Below, piece by piece: positions 45,811 to 55,024 of a stretch of DNA of 64,000 nt. A program made the translations under genes and the position numbers. Each line of letters opens with the position of its first letter. The first letter of the stretch is position 1. The notes under the pieces are model-generated. The model was given only the letters and a program-made list of their open reading frames with translations. It was not told where the DNA came from and ran no database searches. This stretch comes from Candidatus Omnitrophota bacterium (GTDB taxonomy: Bacteria > Omnitrophota > Gorgyraeia > Zapsychrales > Zapsychraceae): the NCBI GenBank assembly GCA_016931055.1, contig JAFGFL010000089.1:7257-71256 (forward strand), written 5' to 3'.

Positions 45811-47769
45811 ATGCTAATGAGTATAATGATGAAAACAAACAACAAAATCCTGTTATTTATTCTCTCAATCGCGTTTTTCTCGTTCGCTTCGGTGCCGCTG
45901 CTTGCGGCCAATGAGGGGACGATCGTTTTGAGCTATCACGATGTCCCGAAAGAAGTGAATCTGGATGATTTTGGGGCCGATCAGCAGAGTTTTGTCAATA
46001 CCATCGAATATTTCAAGATGCACGGGTATACTTTCATCAGTCTCGACGAACTGGTCAAGTCCAAAAAAGGCGGCATCGTCCTGCCCGAGAAGACCATTTT
46101 GCTGACCTTTGATGACGCTTACGAAAGTTTTTACGAATTTGCTTATCCGCTTTTGGCCGAATACAAGATCCCGTGCACGCTGGCCGTTGTCTCAAGCTGG
46201 ATTGAGGGTGGAGACACGGAATATGTGAAACACTCGCTGATGAGCTGGGAGCAGATCCGGGAAGCGGCCAACAGCCCTTATGTCGAGGTCATCTCGCATT
46301 CGCATAATCTCCATAGGGGGGTTATTTATAATCCCCAAGGGAACAGTGCCCCGGCAGCCGTCAGCCGCCAGTATGATACGGATACTCAAACCTATGAAGA
46401 TGAAGCGGCGTATGTAAAGCGGATTTACGATGATCTAAAAACATCAAAAGAAATGCTGGAAGAAAAGACCGGGAAGATGGTCAGGGCTATTGCCTGGCCT
46501 TACGGCCTTTATAATGAAATAACCATCGAACAGGCGGCTAAACTCGGCCTTGAGGTGCAGTTCACCTTAAACGACAAGATCGTAGCGCCGAACCGTTTCG
46601 GGCAGATCAGCCGTTTTCTTATTCATAAAAATCCTACCGTTCTTGACCTGCTTAAGGATTTAAAACTTGTTCCCAACGGCTATTCGCAAGAGCGGATTGT
46701 GCAGGCTGATCTGGATATGATTTATGACCCTGACCCTGATCAGACTGAACGGAATTTAAGCGCCTTTTTAGACAGGGTCAAAGACATGAGAGTAACGTCG
46801 GTCTATTTACAGGCCTTTTGCGATATCGAAGGGACAGGAAATATCCGGGAAGTGTATTTTCCTAACCGCGTCTTGCCGGTGAAGCAGGATCTCTTCAGCC
46901 GCGTCGCGCACCAGTTAAAAAGCCGGGCAAATGTCAATGTCTATGCCTGGATGCCGATGTTAAGCATTGAGCTTCCGGAGGATGCTGCCCGTGACGGTCT
47001 TTATGTCCGCGAATTCAATGAGGGCGAAAGCAAGGTCAGCACCTCATGGTACAAACGCTTAAGCCCCTTCAGCCCGGCAACGGAAGAAATCCTGACAAAG
47101 CTTTATGAGGACCTGGCGGTCCATGCCAATATGGACGGCATCGTATTTTTGGATGACGGCTATTTGAACGAGGAGGAGGATTTCCACCCTGATGCCGTGG
47201 CGGAATATGAAATAGTTGTCGGCGATGAGAAATTGGCCGCGCCACTTGGAGCCAGTATCAGCGAACGGAAAGCATGGACGGAATCGAAAACCAAGAAACT
47301 CAACGAATTAAGCGAGCACCTTTTAAAGGCCGTTGCCCGTTACCGTCCTGAGATCAAATCGGCCAGGACGCTTTATGCCCCGGTTGTCCTTGATGATTCG
47401 ACCATGGAGCGGTTCTCCCAAAGTTACGAAGAAAGCCTCGCCTTATACGATTACGTGGTCATCATGGCCTATCCGTACCTTGAAGAGGTCAAGGCCCCTA
47501 AGAAATGGCTGGCAAAACTCGTTGCTGTTGCCAAAACGCAGCCCGAGGGCATTGAAAAAACGGTTTTTAAGATACAAACCTTTGATTGGAAGAAAAAGGG
47601 ATGGATTGACAGCAAGATCCTTGATCAGTGGTTAAGAACGCTTGTGTCCGCCGGAGCGAGGCACTTGGCATACTATCCGGATGATTATGTTTTGGATTAT
47701 CCAGAGAAGGGCATCATCCGGGCAATGATGTCCGTCGAAGATTTTCCTTCTGAGAGGGACTGGAAATGA
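45811..47769 (+). CDS. pgaB: poly-beta-1,6-N-acetyl-D-glucosamine N-deacetylase
   Basis: Signal peptide, CE4 deacetylase motifs (LTFDDAY, HSHNLH) and a long C-terminal PgaB-type glycoside-hydrolase-like domain. Confidence 0.85.
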   Translation: MLMSIMMKTNNKILLFILSIAFFSFASVPLLAANEGTIVLSYHDVPKEVNLDDFGADQQSFVNTIEYFKMHGYTFISLDELVKSKKGGIVLPEKTILLTFDDAYESFYEFAYPLLAEYKIPCTLAVVSSWIEGGDTEYVKHSLMSWEQIREAANSPYVEVISHSHNLHRGVIYNPQGNSAPAAVSRQYDTDTQTYEDEAAYVKRIYDDLKTSKEMLEEKTGKMVRAIAWPYGLYNEITIEQAAKLGLEVQFTLNDKIVAPNRFGQISRFLIHKNPTVLDLLKDLKLVPNGYSQERIVQADLDMIYDPDPDQTERNLSAFLDRVKDMRVTSVYLQAFCDIEGTGNIREVYFPNRVLPVKQDLFSRVAHQLKSRANVNVYAWMPMLSIELPEDAARDGLYVREFNEGESKVSTSWYKRLSPFSPATEEILTKLYEDLAVHANMDGIVFLDDGYLNEEEDFHPDAVAEYEIVVGDEKLAAPLGASISERKAWTESKTKKLNELSEHLLKAVARYRPEIKSARTLYAPVVLDDSTMERFSQSYEESLALYDYVVIMAYPYLEEVKAPKKWLAKLVAVAKTQPEGIEKTVFKIQTFDWKKKGWIDSKILDQWLRTLVSAGARHLAYYPDDYVLDYPEKGIIRAMMSVEDFPSERDWK

Positions 47770-48989
47770 TGCAGTTGATTTACAGTTTTGTGTTCCATTA
47801 TCCGCTGTTCATGGCGTTTGTCCTGATGACGGGCGGGTTCTGCTATCATTTCTTCCGGGAGCGCAAGAGCTATCCCGACGTATTGCCGGAAGAGCCGCTC
47901 GTGTCCATTCTTGTGCCGTGCCATAACGAGGAAGAGTGCATCATCCAGACCATCCAGTATTTGGAGAAACAGGAATACAAGAATATCGAAATCATCGCGA
48001 TCAATGACGCATCAACGGACAAGACGCTGGACATCCTCAAGGAAATGCAGAAGACCATGCCCCAATTGCGCGTTGTCAACATGACAACGAACCAGGGCAA
48101 GGGCATGGGCCTGACGATGGGGGCGATGGCGGCCAACGGGGAATATCTCGTGTGTATCGATGCCGACGCGCTATTGGACGCGAAGGCGATCAAATACTTC
48201 ATGTGGCATTTCCTGAATTTCCCGAGGGTCGGGGCCGTTACGGGGAATCCGCGAGTCCGCAACCGGACCAGCATCCTGGGGAAGATCCAGGTCGGGGAGT
48301 TTTCGGCCATCGTCGGCATGATCAAGCGGACACAGCGGATCATCGGGAAGATCTACACCGTTTCCGGCGTGGTCGCGGCGTTCCGCAAGTCGGCCTTGAT
48401 GTCGGTGGGCTTCTGGAGCAATGACATGGTCACGGAAGATATCGACATCAGCTGGAAGCTGCAGCTGAAGTTCTGGGACATCCGCTATGAGCCGCGCGCG
48501 TTATGCTGGATCCTGATGCCGGAGACGCTCAGGGGGCTTTGGCGCCAGAGGCTGCGCTGGGCGCAGGGCGGCAATGAGGTCTTAAGAAAATACGGAAGGT
48601 CGATGCTGGATTGGACGCAAAGGCGCATCTGGCCGATCTATATCGAATATGTTGTCAGTGTCTTGTGGGCCTACTTGTTTTCGCTGACCGTGGTGGTCTA
48701 CATACTGGACAAGATCATCGATCTGCCGCCGGGCATTGAAGTCCGGACAATCGTGCCGGGATGGACAGGCGTTATCCTGGCGGTTGTCTGCCTGTGCCAG
48801 GTCATGATCGGGCTTTTGATTGACAGCAAGTTCGAGAAGGGGATCATCAAGATGTTTTTCTGGCTGATCTGGTATCCGTGTATCTATTGGATTTTAAACG
48901 CGTCGGTGGCCATCATCGGCCTGCCGAAAGCCTTGTTAAAGAAGAAGGGGACTCCGGCAATCTGGGAGAGCCCGGACCGGGGATTTTAA
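47766..48989 (+). CDS. pgaC: poly-beta-1,6-N-acetyl-D-glucosamine synthase (GT2)
   Basis: SILVPCHNEE, AINDASTD, CIDADA, VTEDID, QRLRWAQG (QxxRW); TM helices at both ends. Confidence 0.92.
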   Translation: MMQLIYSFVFHYPLFMAFVLMTGGFCYHFFRERKSYPDVLPEEPLVSILVPCHNEEECIIQTIQYLEKQEYKNIEIIAINDASTDKTLDILKEMQKTMPQLRVVNMTTNQGKGMGLTMGAMAANGEYLVCIDADALLDAKAIKYFMWHFLNFPRVGAVTGNPRVRNRTSILGKIQVGEFSAIVGMIKRTQRIIGKIYTVSGVVAAFRKSALMSVGFWSNDMVTEDIDISWKLQLKFWDIRYEPRALCWILMPETLRGLWRQRLRWAQGGNEVLRKYGRSMLDWTQRRIWPIYIEYVVSVLWAYLFSLTVVVYILDKIIDLPPGIEVRTIVPGWTGVILAVVCLCQVMIGLLIDSKFEKGIIKMFFWLIWYPCIYWILNASVAIIGLPKALLKKKGTPAIWESPDRGF

Positions 48990-49027
48990 CCAACTCCGTC
49001 ATGACAAGACGGGATAATAGGAGTTGC

Positions 49028-49549
49028 ATGATGGATAAATGGGAAAAGGAAATAAGGAAAAAGCGTAAGAGGGAATCGCTGATCATTAACCGGCCGGAGG
49101 TCTTGAAGAAGACACGCCGAAGGATCGAATTCAGCCTGACGACGATTGGATGGGCCGTGTGGATCTTCCTCTGCCGTCCGCTTTTGATCATCCTCCTGTG
49201 GTTTTTGAGCTTCCGAGTGTTCTTCAGACACATGGTGGACCTCGGCGGATTTGTCGGGCTGCAGCAACTGAAGATCTATTATGTCTCGGTCATTATTGTT
49301 ATCATTTTCTTGGTCCGGGGCTGGAACTTGTATAATAAGGTACGTTACGGCAAGAAGACCCGCCGCAAGTTTGTCCGCGGCGTTTCCGATGAAAGGTTGG
49401 AAAAATGCTTCAAACTGCCGCAAGGCAGCGCTCACCAATTGCAGGGCATGAAAAGATTCGATGTTGACTTCTTTGATGGCCATCAGATCCGGATCAGGCT
49501 TCCCGGAAAACCCCAGAGTTTGATTGACGGTTATTTTAAGCCTTCCTAA
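49028..49549 (+). CDS. pgaD: PgaD-like small inner-membrane subunit of PNAG synthase
   Basis: Two TM helices after a basic N-terminus, in the position directly after pgaC. AGGAG precedes ATG 49028; the ORF is open from 48878. The call rests mainly on context. Confidence 0.55.
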   Translation: MMDKWEKEIRKKRKRESLIINRPEVLKKTRRRIEFSLTTIGWAVWIFLCRPLLIILLWFLSFRVFFRHMVDLGGFVGLQQLKIYYVSVIIVIIFLVRGWNLYNKVRYGKKTRRKFVRGVSDERLEKCFKLPQGSAHQLQGMKRFDVDFFDGHQIRIRLPGKPQSLIDGYFKPS

Positions 49550-49750
49550 AAATTCCTGTTTCCAGGAATATGCTTAAGCCATAACAATACACAACGACTC
49601 TTAGTTTGTTTAAGGATTATTTGTTGCCGATGAACAGGTTCTATTTATCCGATCTTGTGATAAAACGTCGCCTTTATGGTAATTATGAACAAAATTTTGG
49701 AGTAATGTTTAAAATATGTTACCATAAATACCAATAACGGTTCATGGAAC

Positions 49751-51592
49751 GTGAAGGATCGTATGGGAATGAAGCCTGAGCATAAAGAATATATCCTCAA
49801 AAATATCAACAGGGATTCCGTTAAGGAGATCTCTAGGAAACTGAACATCAAGGAAAAACAGGTCAGGAGATTTATCCAGCAGCAGAAAAACGGGGGAAGG
49901 CAGCAAGATAATCTCTCGCCGGAAACCGGGATGCCCGTTCAAAAGAAACAGGTCTTTTTCTCTGTCCTTCTCATCATTGTTTTGGCTTTTGCCGTTTACG
50001 GCAATTCCTTCAGAAACGAATTCCTCTGGGACGATAAGCACTTGATCGAAGACAATGTGTTCATCAAGGATTGGGCGCATCTGCCGAAATATTTTGTCAG
50101 CGGCATCGGGGCCGGCGCAGGGGAGAAATATGCTTCTTACCGCCCCCTTCAGATGGTCACCTATAATGCGGATTATTCCTTATGGAAATTTGACGTGAGA
50201 GGGTACCATTTGACAAGTACGATATTGCATATTTGTACCGCGCTTGCTGTTTTCTGGCTGGTCAATATCCTTGGCAAGAACGCATTTTTATCTTTTATTA
50301 CTGCTATTTTCTTTGTCATTCATCCCATTCAAACCGAGGCTGTAACGTATGTTGCCGGCAGGGCGGACCCCTTGGCCTTGCTTTTCATGCTGCTGTGTCT
50401 CATTTTTTATATAAAAGGCACTGACTCAAAGGGAACGGCGGCATATCTTCTGATGTTATTGAGTTACGTTTTAGCACTTCTGTCAAAGGAAAACAGCCTC
50501 ATCCTGCCAGCCTTATTGCTCTTATATCATTATTCGTACAAGAAAAGGATTGAACCTGTCCGTTTTTGTTTGATATCGGCCATGGCGTGTATTTATGTTC
50601 TTTTAAGGGTCACCGTGTTAAAACCGATCATGGCCAATTTTGATATGCCATCGACGAGTGTATGGCAAAGGGCGCCGGGTTTCTTTGCCGCCATAGCCCA
50701 TTATCTACGGCTTTTGTTTTTCCCCTTGGACCAGCATATGGAATATGGCGGCAATAGATTATTCGCTTGGGGAAACATTCAGGTCATGATCGGAGCTTTC
50801 CTGGTGTTTTTCATGCTTGCCTATACGTTCAGGAAGAAGGGATCTAACCCATCGGCATTCTTCTCGGCCTATTGGTTTTTCTTGGCGCTCTTGCCGGTCT
50901 CTAACCTCTATCCGATCAACGCGTTTATGTCCGAACATTGGTTGTACACGCCGTCCGTGGGATTCTTTCTGCTTGCGGCACTGGGCCTGGACTATTTGTA
51001 CAGAAATAAAAATCTTAGGATTTATACGGTTGTCCTAATCTTGGCCCTGATGGTCTTTTATTCTTGCTTGACGTTCAGGCAGAACCGGTATTGGAAGGAT
51101 CCCGAAACCTTTTACAAAAGGACCCTGAAATACGCTGCCCATTTCCCAAGGCTGCACTATAACCTCGGCAACCTGTATTATTATTCCGGGAGGATTGACG
51201 AGGCCGTAAGGTCTTATGAGGAAGCGCTGAAGATCGATCCCGGTTATTTGGCGGCTTACAATAATCTCGGCACGGCCTATTATGCTTTAGGCAAGAAAAA
51301 CGAAGCGATGGCCGCTTATGAACAGGCGCTTTCAATGGATCCCGATGATGTCGAAGCGACGAACAATCTCGGGGTCGTGTATAAAGATTTAGGGAAGACG
51401 GAAGAAGCCCTTCGCCTGTATAACAAGGCCTTAAAGATCGATCCAAACTTTGCCTCCGCGTATAATAATATCGCCGAGATTTATTACCGCTCGCAGCAAT
51501 ATGAGCAGGCGATCGAGTATTTTGATAAGGCAGTTGAATTGGGGCACTCCAATTCGGTCTTCTCGGATTTGCTGAAGCCTTACAGAAAATAG
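49751..51592 (+). CDS. GT-C-fold membrane protein with C-terminal TPR repeats (TMTC/PMT-like putative glycosyltransferase), paralog 1
   Basis: About 11 TM segments, first-loop motif NEFLWDDKHLI, YRPLQMVTY, then 5-6 TPR units (AYNNLG..Y...G...EA...Y..AL..DP). The start is GTG 49751 or ATG 49763/49769. Confidence 0.7.
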   Translation: MKDRMGMKPEHKEYILKNINRDSVKEISRKLNIKEKQVRRFIQQQKNGGRQQDNLSPETGMPVQKKQVFFSVLLIIVLAFAVYGNSFRNEFLWDDKHLIEDNVFIKDWAHLPKYFVSGIGAGAGEKYASYRPLQMVTYNADYSLWKFDVRGYHLTSTILHICTALAVFWLVNILGKNAFLSFITAIFFVIHPIQTEAVTYVAGRADPLALLFMLLCLIFYIKGTDSKGTAAYLLMLLSYVLALLSKENSLILPALLLLYHYSYKKRIEPVRFCLISAMACIYVLLRVTVLKPIMANFDMPSTSVWQRAPGFFAAIAHYLRLLFFPLDQHMEYGGNRLFAWGNIQVMIGAFLVFFMLAYTFRKKGSNPSAFFSAYWFFLALLPVSNLYPINAFMSEHWLYTPSVGFFLLAALGLDYLYRNKNLRIYTVVLILALMVFYSCLTFRQNRYWKDPETFYKRTLKYAAHFPRLHYNLGNLYYYSGRIDEAVRSYEEALKIDPGYLAAYNNLGTAYYALGKKNEAMAAYEQALSMDPDDVEATNNLGVVYKDLGKTEEALRLYNKALKIDPNFASAYNNIAEIYYRSQQYEQAIEYFDKAVELGHSNSVFSDLLKPYRK

Positions 51593-51619
51593 GAGATCGC
51601 AGAAAGGCAGGTCAGGCCA

Positions 51620-53332
51620 TTGGATGCTAAACAACAGATAGAAAGCAACAGCCGACAAAAGAAGGTTGTTTTTTCCGTTCTTTTGATCGTGGCTTTTGGC
51701 CTCCTTGCCTATGGAAACTCGCTAAACGGAAAATTCATTTGGGACGATGATGCCTTGATCAAGAATAATGTCTGCCTAAGGGATTGGTCGTACATCACAA
51801 AAATTTTCAGCGGAAATGTGGAAGCCGGCGCCGGCGGTAAAACCAGTTTTTACCGCCCGGTCCAGACATTGACCTATATGTTGGACTACCGCTTTTGGAA
51901 GCTTGATGAAAAGGGATACCATTTAACCAACACCATATGGCATATTTCGGCGGCTTTGCTTTTATTATGGATGGCCGATATCCTCTTTCAGGATCGGTTG
52001 ATTGCTCTTTTGGCGAGCCTTTTTTTTGTCGCGCATCCTGTCCATGCGGAGGCCGTGAGTTATATCTCAGGCAGGGCAGAGCCGTTGAGCACGTTTTTCA
52101 TCCTTCTTGCGTTGATTCTTTATGTCAAAAGCCTTAAGACAGAGAAGGCAGGCCTTTATTTTGGAATGGTTTTTTGTTATGCCGTTGCGCTCTTATCGAA
52201 AGAAAACGCCATAATCTTTCCCGCCATCCTGATGCTGTATCACTTCGGCTTTAAGGGAAAAATCAAGCCAAAACAATTCATGACAGTTTTGGGTGTGACA
52301 GCGGCCTATCTTGCGTTACGCTTCACGTTATTGAAGGAGCTTTTATCTTATAACTCATATGTTCCAGGCTTGACGGTTGAATCAACGACATTACTAGAGA
52401 GGCTGCCGAAATTCTTTGTGGCGTTGACAGGTTATCTTAGGCTCCTGATATTGCCCTTAAATCTTCATATGGAATATGGCAATACCCTGTTCAGCTATAC
52501 GGATATCAAGGCTATCCTGGGTATCGGGATATTGTTTGGATCATTGATCTTTGCGTTTAAAAAGAGAGAGAACAACACATTGGTTTTTTTCTCGATCATA
52601 TGGTTTTTTGCGGCTTTACTGCCTGTGTCCAATCTGTATCCGATCAATGCCTACATGGCGGAGCATTGGCTGTATTTGCCTTCAATCGGTTTTTTCCTTG
52701 TTCTCTCGCAACCTTTGAGCGTATTATTCCGAAATCGTAAGTTCAAGATTTTTGCCGCGGTCCTGATTGTCCTGTGGTTGATGTTTTTAGCGGCCTTAAC
52801 CCGAAGGCAGAACCATTACTGGCGGGACCCGGTAACCTTTTATGAGCAAACGTTACGGTATGCGCCAGACAGCTATAGGCTCTACAGCAACCTCGGCAAT
52901 GCCTACAACGTGGCTGGCAAAACGGATGAGGCTATCAGGGCTTATCAAAAATCCATCGAAGTCAATAAAACGGGCTTTGAATATGCGCAGCCTTATAACG
53001 GCCTGGGTGTTGCCTATTATCATTCAGGGAAGGTTGAGACGGCGGTCGTCATGTTGAAAAAGGCCGTAGAGATTAATCCCCGTTATCCAGAGGCCTATTA
53101 TAATCTGGGGCAGATGTATAAGATCCTGAATAAAAGCCAAGAATCCCTCGAGGCATTTGAAAAAACCGTGCAGATAAATCCGCTGTATGCGGATGCGCAT
53201 TATGAGCTCTCAACGGCTCATTATCAAAATCGGAATTATGATTTGGCTCTTCAACATTATGATTTGGCTGTCAAACTTGGGCATGACATGGATGCGGCAT
53301 TTCTTAAGAAATTAGAATACTATCGTCATTAA
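51620..53332 (+). CDS. GT-C-fold membrane protein with C-terminal TPR repeats, paralog 2
   Basis: Collinear with the upstream paralog (GKFIWDDDALI, FYRPVQTLTY, SKENA, NLHMEYG, LPVSNLYPINA..EHWLY, TPRs). TTG start is inferred. Confidence 0.7.
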   Translation: MDAKQQIESNSRQKKVVFSVLLIVAFGLLAYGNSLNGKFIWDDDALIKNNVCLRDWSYITKIFSGNVEAGAGGKTSFYRPVQTLTYMLDYRFWKLDEKGYHLTNTIWHISAALLLLWMADILFQDRLIALLASLFFVAHPVHAEAVSYISGRAEPLSTFFILLALILYVKSLKTEKAGLYFGMVFCYAVALLSKENAIIFPAILMLYHFGFKGKIKPKQFMTVLGVTAAYLALRFTLLKELLSYNSYVPGLTVESTTLLERLPKFFVALTGYLRLLILPLNLHMEYGNTLFSYTDIKAILGIGILFGSLIFAFKKRENNTLVFFSIIWFFAALLPVSNLYPINAYMAEHWLYLPSIGFFLVLSQPLSVLFRNRKFKIFAAVLIVLWLMFLAALTRRQNHYWRDPVTFYEQTLRYAPDSYRLYSNLGNAYNVAGKTDEAIRAYQKSIEVNKTGFEYAQPYNGLGVAYYHSGKVETAVVMLKKAVEINPRYPEAYYNLGQMYKILNKSQESLEAFEKTVQINPLYADAHYELSTAHYQNRNYDLALQHYDLAVKLGHDMDAAFLKKLEYYRH

Positions 53333-53461
53333 GAAATGTCTGTTAGATCAGGCTTGTCCTATGCGGGGGCTTTTTGTCAGGGTTGTTGGTGGTACGGCTA
53401 ATGACAGCTATTCCATTGAGAAGATTGAAGATCCCATTTGATTTTTCGATTAAAAATGAAA

Positions 53462-53548
53462 CGGAGAGGCCGGGATTCGAACCCGAGGGCCCGTTACCAG
53501 GCCAACTGCTTAGCAGGCAGTTGCGTTCAGCCACTCCGCCACCTCTCC
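53462..53548 (-). tRNA. tRNA-Ser (anticodon GCT), long variable arm
   Basis: Minus strand GGAGAGGTGGCGGAGTGGCTGAACGCAACTGCCTGCTAAGCAGTTGGCCTGGTAACGGGCCCTCGGGTTCGAATCCCGGCCTCTCCG; anticodon loop CTGCTAA. Confidence 0.93.
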
Positions 53549-53863
53549 ACAATTGAAAAGATTTGCTACTGAAAATTTAGAAAAGAGGGAAGGCAGTTAA
53601 GTCTACCATTAAAATGTTTAGATAGGACTGTCGCCGCCTCTTTACAACTTACTATTGTCTAATAATGCGGTTGGACAAGACTACCTTTTATATCAGACTT
53701 TTTAGGAGCTGTCCAGAATGAAAATCGAATTGGAAGAATGATGACAGATTCAATTTCTCAAAAGAAACTGGCGTTTTTTATTAATAATCATCTTTGCTAG
53801 CTGACAGTTTAGTGGTAAACTTTTTGTGGAAAAGCATGAGGGAATAATATAACGGAACGATTT

Positions 53864-54715
53864 ATGATCAATCAAGCGCAAAAAGGATCTGTGGGTGTCA
53901 TGGCAATGATTGTTATAGCCGCAGTGATCATTGGGATTGCCATGGCGAATCGGTGGCTCCAAAAACAGACCGACAGCATTGGCACAACCGCGGCAGCCCC
54001 ACCAATCCCAGAACCCGGGAGGCCAGAGCCTGTTAAAAAAACATCCACCGTCAGAAGGACCGGGGAGGTCATCCGCGAAACCCGCTATTCCCCTGACCGG
54101 AAATATGAGATTAATGTTTTTTACCAGGACGGTAAGGAAATCGCCCGCAACAGGACGACAAACGGAGAGGTTTATGATCAGGAAGGCGAAATTCCTGACG
54201 GGAAAGTGAAATTCGTCAATGTATCCACGGAGACCTATGGCGTGGAATATTACCGCAACCAGAAATTGCACGGCCCCGCGAACATCTACTATAGCGATGA
54301 TGTTTTGAAACAGGAATTGGTTTATCAGAACGGGAAACTGATCACCAACACGGAATACTATCATGATGGGACCGTTCGGATGCAAGAGGATTTTACGGAT
54401 GCGCGGGCCCTGACCAATCATACCGAAAAGGGTATGGGCAAGGTCTATTTTCGGGACGGCACGGTCAAATATGAATGGCATTTGACGGTCACGGAGCCGA
54501 TTGGATATTTAAAATCTTATGACCGAAAAGGGAATGTTGTTGATGCTGTCTATTTTGATGAATTCGGTCAGGCCGTTGATCCGCAGGAGGCTATTCCTGT
54601 GGTGGAAACTCCATCTGATGTTGAACCCTCCCAAAGCGTTAATGATCTTCAGGAACCAGACTCATCGCCGATCAAAGATCGTCCGCCGAAACAGATCTTT
54701 ATCCCTGCCAGCTGA
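53864..54715 (+). CDS. membrane-anchored MORN/YwqK-like repeat protein
   Basis: N-terminal TM (VMAMIVIAAVIIGIAMA) and repeats of the Y..G(K/T)...E..Y..G type (VYQNGKLITNTEYYHDGTV, KVYFRDGTVKYEW). The antisense ORF 53750-54481 looks spurious. Confidence 0.55.
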   Translation: MINQAQKGSVGVMAMIVIAAVIIGIAMANRWLQKQTDSIGTTAAAPPIPEPGRPEPVKKTSTVRRTGEVIRETRYSPDRKYEINVFYQDGKEIARNRTTNGEVYDQEGEIPDGKVKFVNVSTETYGVEYYRNQKLHGPANIYYSDDVLKQELVYQNGKLITNTEYYHDGTVRMQEDFTDARALTNHTEKGMGKVYFRDGTVKYEWHLTVTEPIGYLKSYDRKGNVVDAVYFDEFGQAVDPQEAIPVVETPSDVEPSQSVNDLQEPDSSPIKDRPPKQIFIPAS

Positions 54716-54718
54716 TAT

Positions 54719-54747
54719 TTGTTATTCTTCCTTTCGTGTTTTATACT
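54719..54747 (+). promoter_or_regulatory. sigma70-like promoter upstream of the GEMM-like element
   Basis: TTGTTA (54719-54724), 17-nt spacer, TATACT (54742-54747). Confidence 0.4.
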
Positions 54748-54802
54748 TATGGTAGACCCCGTAAAAGTCGGGTTAACTGAGTATTGCGGGGTAGACAATA
54801 GA

Positions 54803-54970
54803 GATTGACGAAAAGGGCAAACTCATCGTAAGGTGGGGACCCCTACGTCGCTCAAATATTTTCATGTTTGAGCTTCGCAGGGCCCTGCGAAGCTCCCAAA
54901 CGTAAGTTTTGGAGCGAAGCAGGGGCAAAGCTACAGGGTCCTGGAAAACAGGATAGCCAGTTGCCGAATC
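54803..54970 (+). promoter_or_regulatory. c-di-GMP-I (GEMM-I)-like riboswitch aptamer, interrupted by an 84-nt insertion
   Basis: 5' half: GAUUGACG-AAAAGGGCAAAC-UCAUC-GUAA-GGUGG-GGAC (to 54840). 3' half: GCAAAGCUA-CAGGG-UCCUG-GAAAA-CAGGA-UAGC-CAGUUGCCGAAUC (from 54925). Both resemble the V. cholerae Vc2 aptamer as recalled, and joined they restore GGGACGCAAAGC. Confidence 0.55.
54841..54924 (+). repeat. 84-nt structured insertion (MITE/REP-like) with imperfect 12-nt terminal inverted repeats
   Basis: The ends CCCTACGTCGCT / AGCGAAGCAGGG pair at 10/12. Inside are GCTCAAA..TTTGAGC, a perfect 26-nt palindrome GAGCTTCGCAGGGCCCTGCGAAGCTC (54870-54895), a GTAA-capped hairpin CCAAAC/GTTTTGG, and GGAGCGAAGC. 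Confidence 0.6.
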
Positions 54971-54985
54971 AATAAATAAGGCAGT

Positions 54986-55019
54986 GCCTATCCAGAATGA
55001 TTTCAGGATAGGCTTTTTT
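54986..55019 (+). terminator. intrinsic terminator (candidate expression platform of the GEMM-like element)
   Basis: GCCTATCC-agaatgatttca-GGATAGGC followed by T6. Confidence 0.7.
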
Positions 55020-55024
55020 AATGA

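Noticed and set aside
53343-53556. ORFs on both strands at 53343-53552 and 53374-53556.
   Set aside because: They are fully explained by the tRNA-Ser(GCT) gene on the minus strand.
53750-54481. 243-aa minus-strand ORF antisense to the MORN-like gene.
   Set aside because: The translation is low-complexity with no recognisable motifs, and it is almost fully nested in a + strand ORF that has a TM anchor and repeat structure. It is likely a shadow ORF.
54925-54970. CAGGGUCCUGGAAAACAGGAUAGCC superficially resembles SRP RNA domain IV (CAGGUCCGGAAGGAAGCAGCC).
   Set aside because: The symmetric-loop AGCA and asymmetric-loop features do not align, the loop has 5 nt, and there is no long closing helix. 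The segment is better explained as helix P3 plus J3/1 of the GEMM-I-like aptamer.
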